Shown in pieces: positions 25,748-36,752 of a DNA stretch of 64,000 bases (position 1 is the stretch's first letter; every line of letters begins with the position of its first letter). This DNA is from Yuukianura sp. NJ FZ-2021 (lineage: Eukaryota), in contig CM102287.1 of the NCBI GenBank assembly GCA_046563655.1, positions 3,720,001-3,784,000 of the forward strand, read 5' to 3'. The translations under genes and the position numbers were made by a program. The notes under the pieces are model-generated. The model made no database searches. It saw only the letters and a list, made by a program, of their open reading frames with translations, and had not been told where the DNA came from.

Positions 25748-27027
25748 CCTTTTGAGGGCTAAATACAACTAAAAAGTCGTTTTAGTCTTCTGGAGACGCA
25801 TGTCTACGACATGCTGAAGAAGACTATTGATACGACTTTGTCTGTCTGTCCGTTCGCTTTTTTAGTATCTTTTGCGCTAAAACATAAGCTCCATTTTGTC
25901 CGGGGGGTTATGTATGCCTCAAGTGTTTTCATTAAGTCGCATTTGCACTCAAAGTGTTATATTAACAACGTGGAAATGGGCGGCCACTTTATGCACCCTA
26001 AGTGCAGTCGTTTCCCGGAAACATTTTGGTTTCGATTACACTCAAAATATATTTAAGCAACGAAGTTTTGATCCGGTCATTTTCTGGCAGTATGTTTAAT
26101 TACGTTGTTAAATTAAGACTTAACTAGGGGGTAGAAAATCTGGCTTAAACTCATAATATGGAAACAGTGAATGGGAGGATTCAAATGTGCATTAAGAAGA
26201 AACTTTTTATTATTTTGAATTTAAAGAAACGATATTCGACCCCTACCCCACAACGTACAATTTTGTGCATGATAAGCACTTAAAAGCGGTTGCACACAAA
26301 TCCCAACTTGTGCATTTACTGGAACCGACTATGACTTTTAAGAAACAATATTTGACCCCCTCCCCTCAACGTTCAATTTTGTGCATAATGAACACAATTG
26401 AAGGTTTGTGCAGTTTTGAGAACAATTGTGCAACAAAATAATTTTGAACAGAGTAAAATATGAGCTTAATTTGAACAACATTTTGATGCAGTTGTCCGCT
26501 AATAATGCATTGCCATGGTAACACGGACAATACATTGTGCGCATTTTGCTCAACAAATTAACATCAATTCAGTGCACATGTTTTGGGGCTCAAAACTGGA
26601 ACATGATTTTGGTGCAATTAAAAGGTAGATTTGCCAACACAATTTTGGTGCAACTCATGCACAAAATAGAACCTCACATCCTCACTGAAAATTTTGAGCG
26701 ATGTTTTGGTGCATCAATTCCGTGAAAACGGTTTGTCAGTTCTTCCACAGTTTTAAGTCACACCGATTTAAGTCGCATCAATTGTCAACTCCCTCCAGAA
26801 GACCTATGCTCAACCCTTGAGCATCGCCCTACCTTGTTTTTTTCGGATCTCAGGAGCCATCTAACGACTCTAGTCGTCTGCAACTAGGTTTAGAAAACCG
26901 CTGGGGAAAACAAAAAACCGTTCTTGTGCCATAGCAACGTATTATTGCATGCTTTGCATCGGTTTTTTGGGGTAAATTAGTATCGTCTCAGCAGCAAAAT
27001 ACAAAAAAAAATTCAGGCATCAAAAGG
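25748..27027 (+). mobile_element. piggyBac-like MITE interrupted by a HINE
   Basis: CCTTTTGA...TCAAAAGG-TTAA; the halves match the uninterrupted copy at 27533-27753; the HINE sits in a T-run. Confidence 0.8.
25784..26838 (+). mobile_element. Full-length HINE (non-autonomous Helentron, ~1.05 kb)
   Basis: Both Helentron termini present; near-identical to the inverted copy at 37340-38924; internal TGCACAAAAT-type repeats. Confidence 0.9.
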
Positions 27028-27252
27028 TTAAGTAAACATGAGTCGTCAGTTTGTCAACTATCGATCATCGATAATTTTGATAAGATTCCTGTTTAGCTCC
27101 AATTTCAATCGCTTCCAGCGCTGCGTGTTTCTCTCTGTCCACAATATTAACTCTTCCAGTATTCAGTTAGTATTCCGAATGCGTGTGAAAAATTAATACA
27201 TTATCATAAAAAGTGCCACATTAACTTAAAAGGTCACAGTTAATAATAATTG

Positions 27253-27530
27253 GGCCAGGTCGAAAAGGCTGCAATTTTTAGAGGCAAATTGAGACGTGTT
27301 AAGGGAAAAGGCTGCAATGGGGCAAAGTGAGACCACATGGCTAAAAGGCTACAATTCTTCGATTGAGAAAAGGCTGTAATGGGGCAATGTGAGATTCCCG
27401 TGCAAAACAAAGGAATTTCCAGGAGAAACTTCACATACCTTAGAAATTTCGTGGGACGAGATGAGATTCCTTTCGAAAACTAAGAAACTTCATGGAAAAA
27501 CTTCAGCGAATCAGAAATTCTTTACTAATT
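27253..27530 (+). repeat. Dispersed repeat (AAAGGCTGCAATGGGGCAA family); second copy split into 29497-29722 + 33400-33477
   Basis: Direct sequence match between the copies; the second copy is interrupted by nested insertions. Confidence 0.75.
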
Positions 27531-27532
27531 AA

Positions 27533-27753
27533 CCTTTTGAGGGCTAAATACAACTAAAGTCGTTTATCTTTTGCGACATCAGGGGCCGGCTGATGACTAT
27601 AGTCGTCTGTTGTTGGTTTTAAAAAACCGCTGGAGAAAATAAAAAACCGTTTTTTCCCATAGCAACGTATTATATGTTATTGTTGCATCGGTTTTTCGGG
27701 GAAAGTATCGTCTCAGCAACAAAATACAAAAGAAAATTTCAGGCCTCAAAAGG
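27533..27753 (+). mobile_element. piggyBac-like MITE
   Basis: TTAA-CCTTTTGAGG...CCTCAAAAGG-TTTTAA; further copies at 34047-34268 and 34275-34498. Confidence 0.8.
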
Positions 27754-27781
27754 TTTTAAAGTAGTCGAAAATATGGACAAT

Positions 27782-27984
27782 CATAGAGTAACCATGACGA
27801 TTCGATTTTTTTTCTTTTAACTAGAGTGGACATAAGGCATTTTTTCAACAAAATTTTTGAAACATTTTCAAAGCGAAAAAAAACCGTTTTCATCTCAAAT
27901 TTGTTTCAAAAATTTTGTTGAAAAAATGCCTTATGTCCACTCTAGTTAAAAGAAAAAAAATCGAATCGTCATGGTTACTCTATG
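27782..27984. mobile_element. P-element-like MITE (203 bp, almost fully palindromic)
   Basis: TIR CATAGAGTAACCATGACG...; 8-bp TSD TGGACAAT. Confidence 0.85.
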
Positions 27985-28011
27985 TGGACAATAGACATGC
28001 ATACAAGGCTG

Positions 28012-29273
28012 GGGATGGTCTTATAGAGCAACTTAAGTTTTTTTTCACCTTAAGTCGAGGGCTTTCTCCTTAAGTGGTTTCAGAGAAATTCTTAGATTTT
28101 TCTTAAGGTCGAAAATCCTCCTTAAACTTAAGGTACCTCCGGACTCGACTTAAGTAGAACTTAACAATGTAAACACATCTAATCACATATAAACTTCAAT
28201 GTCTTGAAGTTCGCGCTGTCATTTCTTCCACTTTTATTTGATAAAGAGGTTAAACTGTCTAAAAATAACACTTTCAGTTAAATTAGTTAATATTAGGCTA
28301 AACTAACTTAATTTCATATTCTAACCTATATTTTTAATGACAATATTTTTACTGACAAGATACTGGCAGGTTATCCCTTCCATCGTCCATTAGCTTCCTC
28401 CATCTCTGGGTATTGTGTCCTTTCTGAACTTGCGTTGTCATTGGTTCAGTTAAATTGTGTGACGTCCTCGTCATCTGCAGCAGGGCTAACCGAAGGTGAA
28501 CTAACGTCTGAAAGTAAAAGAGTAGGTTAGCTTAGATTGTATGAATGTTGATTTGGAGGGGTTTGAGGTACACTACATACATGTAATGGACAATATAAAT
28601 ACCTACCCCTCCATCAATTCCACATGCTGAGGTCATTCAAGTTTGACCTCATCAAACTGGATGAGAGATGCTTCCGGTGCCCAAGTGTCAGTTCTGACAT
28701 CCACTACCTTTGGCCTCCTTGGTCATTTGCTGTAAATGAGATGAGAGACTAGATTAGTTTTACTATTTAATACCAATTGTGTCTTACGAATTGTTAGATT
28801 AGTGTTGTTAGGTTAGTTATTACAATTAGTTGATGTACTTACCCAGTTAGAACTGCAATTTCGTCGAATGAGATTGCTATCTAGAGATACACTGGTCACC
28901 CCAACCACATAAGGTTAACTAACCAATTAATTATTATACACTTTGATGTTTTGTCACTATTTGAAGTTTAAATCTTTAAAGAACATATGATTGTTTTTGG
29001 AAATTATTTTAAGTTTCAAATCAAAGTTTTTTTTTCGTGCCAAAAAGATTCAAAAGTGGTCACGTGAGGCAAAGCTACATAGGCTAAAATACATAGGAAA
29101 AAGTGGCAACACCGGCAAGGAGGGAAAACTTTCTCCGACCTTAAGTTTTGACTTAAGATGCTCTAAGGTGAGCTCTTAGAACCCAAACTAAGATCTTCCT
29201 TAGAGCATCTTAAGTTTTTACCTTAAGGTCTCTACTTAAGGTGGAAAACTCAGTTGCTCTATAAGACCACCCC
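28012..29273. mobile_element. Harbinger-like non-autonomous DNA transposon
   Basis: TIR GGG(A/G)TGGTCTTATAGAGCAACT; 3-bp TSD CTG; CTTAAG-rich subterminal repeats. Confidence 0.75.
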
Positions 29274-29768
29274 CTGAACTGCAAATTGACCCTTGTCTTT
29301 CACTCAATTTTCACAATGTAAGCGTCCCCTTCTATTAGATTCTCTTTTACGATTGATTTTATAAGCTAGATAGAGGAATTACAAAATGCTTTGCGTAAAA
29401 TTCAGGCTATTATCATCGTTTGTTTCTTTGTTGATGTGAACTCAATCGAACTGAGCAGGTGAAAGGAGACAAGTACAAAAAAATCAACAATTATTAGGCC
29501 AGGTCTAAAAGGCTGCAATTTTTGGAGGCAAATTGAGACGTGTTAAGGGCATGGGAAAAGGCTGCAATGGGGCAACGTGAGACCACACAGACATCATGGC
29601 TAAATGGCTGCAATTTTTCGATTGAGAAAAGGCTGCAATGGGGCAATGTGAGATTCCCATGCAAAACAAAGGAATTTCCAGGAGAAACTTCACATTACCT
29701 CAGAAATTTCGTGGGACGAGATCAAGGTAAATAGAATACTTAATAAATAATACTTAATAAATAGACGA

Positions 29769-32700
29769 TGACGGGCTAATGGGTAAGCCCAAGAAACAAG
29801 CCAGGAACAACTGATGAGATGTGATGCTAGGAAATGAGGTTGATACCTCTTTTATTTTAGGTTTAGCTTTAGATTTAGTTTTAGTTTACTTTAAGTTTAA
29901 ATTGAATGAAAGAAAAAGACAAAAGAGCCGATGACGGAAGATGAGATGTTGACTGGAAGAGGGGAGGGAGACGACTGACTGACGGAGACGAAGGGCACGA
30001 CACGAGAGGATCTTCTGGTTGACTTGAGGGTGGGTTGCAGAGACTGTAACCCCTCATGACCCCGCCGCCGAGCCCAGAGCCGTCCCGGCTCGAAAAAACC
30101 AAGGGGTACAAGCGGGTAGCATGGGCCGAGCGTCAATTTTGAAAAATTTTGAAATTGGTGCCGAATGGAGTCCAATCACTGAAAATAGAACAAAAATGGT
30201 GGGGAAAAAGCGGGGAGGGACTCTGAAAACATGAGAAAAGATTAAACCAAATTCAGGGGCTGAAATTTTGCAAATTTGTTATGCCTAATTGGGGGGTCAA
30301 ACGGGTATGGGGAAAATTTAGGAAAAATGCTCGTCTAAGGCTCAAAATGGAGGGTAAAGGAACCAATTTAGGGAATCAACATCTCTTAAGAGGAAGAAAG
30401 ATAAGGCTAGGAAGAATAATATTAAGTATATATACATAAATCAATAAGAGTGTTTAAGAACCAGTAAAAGTGTCCAAAGTCGTCATCAAAGTATTAATCC
30501 ATGGGGTGCGCGCGACGTCGATCTCCTGCAGGCCTATGTCTCCTAAAAACCTGGGAAATCAAATGATTAGGGGGGAAAACGGGGAACCATATAGGCAAAA
30601 ACTACAAAACCAATCAAAAATCAGTGCACAAAATACCAAAATACACAAAAATCAAGGCCAAAAATACCAAAAACCACAAAAATCAAATCAATTACCAAAA
30701 TCCAGAGGCATGTTTCACCCCAATACAAACCAAAGAAAATCCAGCAGCATATTTCACCGCAATAAAAGACAAAAGACAAATTAAGAAGCATGTTTCACTT
30801 CAATTAACCCAACCAAAAATACACAAAATCAGAGGCATATTTCACCCCAATTACAAAGAAAATACTCACCAAATCCGGGAAGGACCGAAGAAATTTACAT
30901 ACCAAATCCAGGGCGAGGAGGAGGGCAAGGCAATTCTTCAGTGACCATCAGGGATTTCCAATCTAAAAAATTGGGAAGGGAACGACGGAAACTGTTTAAG
31001 AGGAGGAGACGGCGACAAACAGTTTCTTCGGTTTCACATCCAAGGGTGAAGTAGATCTGGAGTTGGGGGTCCAAAAGGTCAACAATGTCCTGGCCTCGAT
31101 CTGGGTACACTTTGGCGGGAAAATGGAAATCCAAATACTGTTTCGCCAAACGAACAAACTTGGATGGGTTTGATCCAAGTGAAAAGGAGGGCTTCTTTGG
31201 AGTCACGTCTTTCTTGAAGCGGAGGCTCTGGAAAAGGCGGAAACGGGGAAGTTGAACTTGTTCCTTGACCAAACCGGGCTTGTCACAGGAGAGTGCAGAA
31301 AGTACAATGGCATCATGACGAGGTGCTGGAGGCTCCGGGTCACTAAAGCGGGCGGGGCAAGGCAATCCACGCTGAACCATCAGCGCTTCCCAGTCAAGGA
31401 AACTAGGCAGGGAGTCTCGGAAGTCATCTAGGAGCCTCAACTTCTCAAGAACTTGGAGTCCGTGGTCAACATGGGAAAGGAAATATTTTTGGAGAGAAGG
31501 ATCTATGTCGTTGATCAAGAGACTACCGAAGATGGGAGTGTAAAAGTCAAGTTCGTGGTAGACCATGGCAACTTCCCATTCCTTCTCCCTCATCCAGCTC
31601 TCAGGAATATCTCCGAGGCGGAAAATCTTACGTCGATCACCTAAAGTGTGAGAAAGAGGGAAGATGCCTGTAACTGGGAGAACGGGCATGGCGACAGGAG
31701 TAGGGGGGATAAAAACGGAATCGGGGTCTCTCGAACTGACATAGCTAGGGTTAGGATTAGGTAACGGATTTTGGATAGTATCAGGGATCACGGGCTCTGG
31801 AAGTTCTGGAATAATCGGGGGTGACGGAGTTTCAGCTGGAGGCGACGATGGAGCGTGGTCAGTTTGGAAGGAACAAGACGACTTCGATGGGGTTCCTGTG
31901 GATTGGGGGGAATCGGGAGCTGCTGCTGGCAAACGGCGAATGATTTCCTGCAGCATCTGCAGAATTCCGGAAAGAATCGGGGCTAGGGAGTCTTCTAATC
32001 CACAGGAAGAACATGACTGGCTTCTGGATTCTGGAATTTGGCTCTGATTTGGACTAAGCGGCGAGTCGAATTGGAGAGACATCAATGGGACGGGCGTGAT
32101 TCCTTGCGTCGATCGGTGTCGGTTCCTGTAGCGGGGACAGCATCCTTTGGTATGGCCACCAAATCTACAAAAGTTGCAAATCGGGCGACCATCAGGGGTT
32201 CGTAGGTTATTTGTGGTCCCCCTGGATGAATTTTTGTAGATAGGCTGCTGACTCATGGCAGGAAATCAAATGGAATTAACTGAAACTCAAAAGAAAAGTA
32301 ATTAGCAAAAGAACCAATAATTGTGAAATCAGCTTTCCTAAATTTTGTATTTAATTAGGTTTTTGTAGTATTGTCGTCTAAAAGGAGGAATTGGTAAAAG
32401 GAATTGAACGGTAGAAGTGGGGAGTACAAGGGAACAGGCGTTGCTGTAGTGCAACTGAGTTTTGCAATTTTGCAATTGCAATTGCAAAAGTAGTGGTGTT
32501 TCGTGATGGTTGGAGGAGACGCTGTTGAAAAGAGGGGAAAAGAGGGAAGAAGAGGGGAGATCCGCAGCTAGCGTGTATTCCGAGGGAGTGGGTGGACTCC
32601 TTCAACCTCCTCACCACCTCTGAGCGTCCATGACGGCTTCCTTCCTTCCACGCGTCCCAGCCGCCATCTTGAATTTTCCCTCTTTTGTGGCTAAAAATCG

Positions 32701-33399
32701 ATGATTCGGGGTCAAAATGGGCTCCAAACTGCCTAAAAATGAGGGAAACGGGATGGTGGGGCAAGGACAAATGAAAGGATGTTCATAGGGCCTCAATAAA
32801 CCACCGTAATCCACCAAAACTAACTTGATTTACCAGAAAAAACGCTAAACTGCTCTACCAACTGAGCTCCACGCCACTGGCGTGACCTCTGACCTGCAAA
32901 AGGGGATGAAACGGATAGAGGGGGGGGGGACAGCAATCGTACGAGGCGAATTTCAGGCTACAATGCCTACATTTCAAAAATCAGATGTTTGCTTTACCGA
33001 TATTCGCTGAACGGCGACGGTTACTGTTTGAATCCGGCAATGTAGGTCAGCGGTGAGGTCGTTGGCAGTAGCTTCCGGTCCCCGAGTGCAGATCGAAGGT
33101 CGTCCACCACTTGACGGGCTAATGGGTAAGCCCAAGAAACAAGACAGGAACAACTGATGAGATGTGATGCTAGGAAATGAGGTGGATACCTCTTTTATTT
33201 TAGGTTTAGCTTTAGATTTAGTTTTAGTTTACTTTAAGTTTAAATTGAATGAAAGAAAAAGACAAAAGAGCAGATGACGGAAGATGAGATGTTGACTGGA
33301 AGAGGGGAGGGAGACGACTGACTGACGGAGACGAAGGGCACGACACGAGAGGATCTTCTGGTTGACTTGAGGGTGGGTTGCAGAGACTGTAACCCCTCA
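29769..33399 (-). mobile_element. Pol-less (non-autonomous) LTR retrotransposon, 3.6 kb
   Basis: 288-bp LTRs at 29769-30056 and 33112-33399 (TGA...TCA; 3 mismatches seen); 4-bp TSD ACGA; PBS-like TGGTGGACGACC after the 5' LTR on the minus strand; G-rich tract before the 3' LTR; no PR/RT/IN motifs seen. Confidence 0.9.
30895..32256 (-). CDS. 453-aa protein: Gypsy Gag-type CCHC knuckle + Pro-rich linker + duplicated unknown domain
   Basis: RTPDGRPICNFCRFGGHTKGCC (CX2CX4HX4C); aa 252-301 and 396-445 align without gaps at 26/50 identity. Confidence 0.75.
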   Translation of the reverse strand: MSQQPIYKNSSRGTTNNLRTPDGRPICNFCRFGGHTKGCCPRYRNRHRSTQGITPVPLMSLQFDSPLSPNQSQIPESRSQSCSSCGLEDSLAPILSGILQMLQEIIRRLPAAAPDSPQSTGTPSKSSCSFQTDHAPSSPPAETPSPPIIPELPEPVIPDTIQNPLPNPNPSYVSSRDPDSVFIPPTPVAMPVLPVTGIFPLSHTLGDRRKIFRLGDIPESWMREKEWEVAMVYHELDFYTPIFGSLLINDIDPSLQKYFLSHVDHGLQVLEKLRLLDDFRDSLPSFLDWEALMVQRGLPCPARFSDPEPPAPRHDAIVLSALSCDKPGLVKEQVQLPRFRLFQSLRFKKDVTPKKPSFSLGSNPSKFVRLAKQYLDFHFPAKVYPDRGQDIVDLLDPQLQIYFTLGCETEETVCRRLLLLNSFRRSLPNFLDWKSLMVTEELPCPPPRPGFGM

Positions 33400-33524
33400 A
33401 CGAGATGACATTCCTTTCCAAAACTAAAAAACTTCATGGAAAAAGTTCAGCGAATCAGAAATTCTTTACTAATTAAAACCTTTTTCTTTAAAAAAACTGG
33501 CGCGGCGCCTATCTTAATGGCTAG

Positions 33525-33952
33525 GGTTCGGCGAATACCGTTTCGTTTTTCAAGTTGGGAATTTTAAAAAAACCGAAGCGATGTGGAACCAAAGTTTCGA
33601 CCGGTTCGATATTACTGTGAAGTCAAAATATCGAACAATCCAAGTTCTCAAAAAACTCGGCGCGGCACATATCCTAATGGCTTGGGTTCGGCTAATACGC
33701 GGCACATAGTTCGAAGCCATTCAATTAGATACGGTTACCACACAGTTCTCTCTCGTCAATTACCGCTAAACTAAACGGTATTAGCCGAACCCAATACATT
33801 AAGATATACCCTACACCGAGTTTTTTGAGAACTTGGATTTTTCGATATTTTGACTTCACAGTAATATCGCACCGGTCGAACCTTTGGTTCCAAATCGCTT
33901 CGGTTTTTTAAAATTCCCAACTTGAAAAACGAAACGGCGGTATTCGCCGAAC
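33525..33952. repeat. Foldback inverted-repeat element
   Basis: ~135-bp arms GTTCGGCGAATACCG...CTCAAAAAACTCGG and their reverse complement. Confidence 0.75.
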
Positions 33953-34046
33953 GATTCGATTTTAATCTTCTTCAGCATGTCTGCAGAAGACTAAAATCGA
34001 ATCGTCATGGTTACTCTATGACTATCCATATTTTCGACTACTTTAA

Positions 34047-34498
34047 CCTTTTGAGGCCTGAAATTTTCTTGTGTATTTTGTTGCTGAGACGATACAATTT
34101 TTCCCGAAAAACCGATGCAACGCATGCATAATACGTTGCTATGGGAAAAAACGGTTTTTTATTTCCTCCAGCGGTTTTTTTAAACCAACAACAGACGACT
34201 ATAGTCGTCAGCCGGCCCCTGAGGTCGCAAAAAATAAACGACTTTAGTTGAATCTAGCCCTCAAAAGGTTAAAACCTTTTCAGGCCTGAAATTTTCTTTT
34301 GTATTTTGTTGCTGAGACGATACTTTCCCCGAAAAACCGATGCAACAATAACATATATAATACGTTGCTATGGGAAAAAACGGTTTTTTATTTTCTCCAG
34401 CGGTTTTTTAACACCAACAACAGACGACCATAAGTCGTCAGCCGGCCCCTGAGGTCGCAAAAAATAAACGACTTTAGTTGTATTTAGCCCTCAAAAGG
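34047..34498 (-). mobile_element. Two tandem piggyBac-like MITEs
   Basis: TTAA-flanked copies at 34047-34268 and 34275-34498 matching 27533-27753 in reverse. Confidence 0.8.
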
Positions 34499-34595
34499 TT
34501 AAACACGTATTTTAAAAATTAGCAGGAGGAATTTCTAAAATACTATTTACAACTCATACCTCCCTCTGTTTCTGCTGGATCTTTAAAGTATACAC

Positions 34596-36559
34596 CATAG
34601 AGTAACCATAACGACGCAATTTTTTTTCTTTTAACTAGAGTGGACATAAGGCATTTTTTCAACAAAATTTTTGAAACAAATCAAAAGAGGTTAAAAGAGG
34701 TAAAAAACCGCTTTCATCCGAAGTTTAAGCAATGTTCACACAAAAAATGAAATTTTGATTTTCAGTGTTCAAAATTTCTAAAATTATGAATAAAAATGCG
34801 GAAAACAGGGGTTTTGAGACAAAATATCTGCCCATAGCTGTCACGATACAACTGGTGACTAGTAGTATGCCCGGAAGAGGTTACAGCAACCCAACAATTC
34901 GTCCTCCTGCTAAAATTGCTTTCGCAAAAAGTTAAATTAAAGTCACTATTTCCTAATGTGCTTACCGTAAATGCTCTAATGCAAGCGCGTATTCTAATAG
35001 AAGCGCATACTCTAATGCAAGCGCGGTTTGAGCGGGGGCAAATTGCGATATAAGCGCGGTAGCTAACTTGAGTTTAAAACAGAGCCTAGAGCAAAGTGAC
35101 ATCATCTGCTTAACTTCTATGTTGCGAATTTGTTTCAATTCACATTGTAGCACTTAAATACAAGTTTTAAAAATGGCGAAACCTAAAAGACGATCGTTTG
35201 ATCTCAGTTTTAAGTGACAAGTGGTTCAGTACGCTTCTACTCATACCACGGATGGTACCGCAGCTCACTTCGAAATACATCGAAAACAAGTCTTCAGTTG
35301 GCTGAAGCTAACGGATGAAATCGGTAAAAATTTAACTAATTTTAGCTTACGACTCGAGTTCTTCATGAAGACTTCCAACCTCGGTGTTAGGTTAAAAATT
35401 TAAAATTTAGATAAAATTTCCAATCCAAATATTATTTCCATGAACGAGACTGGAATATTTTTTGACATGCCAAGTAACACTACAGTAGACACAGTTGGAA
35501 CGAAATCTATTTCACTCAAGACTACCGGTATGTTAAGTATTTATAACCATTGCAATTCTCGACTTTTCATATTTAAAATCTCATTTTTAAGGAAATGAAA
35601 AGGCTCATGCCACTGCTGTTCTCGCTGATCGTACTGATGGCGTCAAATTAAAAACCTACGTTGTTTTTAAACAAGGAATCCGTGAGGTAAAAGTCCTGAA
35701 GACGAAATTTAAAGACGTAGAAATTTCAAGCAGCAAAAACGGTTGCATGAAAAAACGAAATCGTCATTTTGGAATCCGACAGTGAAGGCGAAGACTCTGA
35801 AATGGAGCACATTGAAGGCTTTGAAGAAAGCGACAGTGACACCAGCGACGAAGGGGATCACTATTAATTGAATTTAGGCTCACTTAAAACTTATTAATTA
35901 TTCCGGTAATAAATAGTGTTCTAATAGAGGCGCGTCCGAAAGGTCGAAAATTCTTATAAGCGGCGCGCTTATATTAGAGCATTTACGGTACTTTGCTTCG
36001 CTTGGTCATTAGACAATACTGTAAGATTAGGTTTCATTACATAGCCAGACAGGAAACCATTAAGCTAAACCCAACTACTTATTCGTAACACTTGTAACAA
36101 AACTGTAATTTTCAGAGGCCAGTGATGTTAGATCCAGAGTATTTCCAATTCGCAAATTTAAACTCTGCTGTGAAATAAAATCTCCCTTAATTCCAAATAG
36201 TTTCAAGTAGTTAACCACAGCTAAAGTAAATTTAAACGCTAAATTAACTATCTACATCTATAGCTACTATTTACATCCACGCCACTACTAGTCACATTTT
36301 CCAGAATCACAGATAAGGGTTGATAGTTTTTCTGGAAAACAAAACTCTAGATTTAACTTTTTCGTGAATTCTCGAATAATTTTCGAAATTTTAAAAAATG
36401 GTACCTGAAATTCATCGTTTGTGTGAAACTGGCTTAAACTTGAGATGAAAACGGTTTTTTCTTCGCTTTGGAAATGTTTCAAAAATTTTGTTGAAAAAAT
36501 GCCTTATGTCCACTCTAGTTAAAAGAAAAAAAAAGTCGCGTCGTTATGGTTACTCTATG
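34596..36559. mobile_element. Longer P-element-like non-autonomous element (same TIR family as 27782)
   Basis: TIR CATAGAGTAACCATAACGACGC; 8-bp TSD GTATACAC; hosts a nested pogo element. Confidence 0.85.
34965..35988 (+). mobile_element. pogo-family (Tc1/mariner superfamily) element, internally deleted, pseudogenised transposase
   Basis: TA-CCGTAAATGCTCTAAT...ATTAGAGCATTTACGG-TA; MAKPKRRSFDLSFK*QVVQYA (HTH) and MNETGIFFDMPSNTTVDTVGTKSISLKTTG/NEKAHATAVLA (pogo DDD region). Confidence 0.85.
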
Positions 36560-36752
36560 GTATACACCTCAAAGACCTACAGTTGAAACGAGCCTTAACT
36601 AAAAGGTAATATTTACAGACTGATGATTGAAGATGAGACATTAGGGTAAGAGGTACACGTTAATAATATTGATAATAGAGAAAAGAACAGTGGAGAAAAT
36701 TAGAAAGTTGTAACTTGGTTACTACTAATAGCATGAACTAGTGAAGAAGGCT

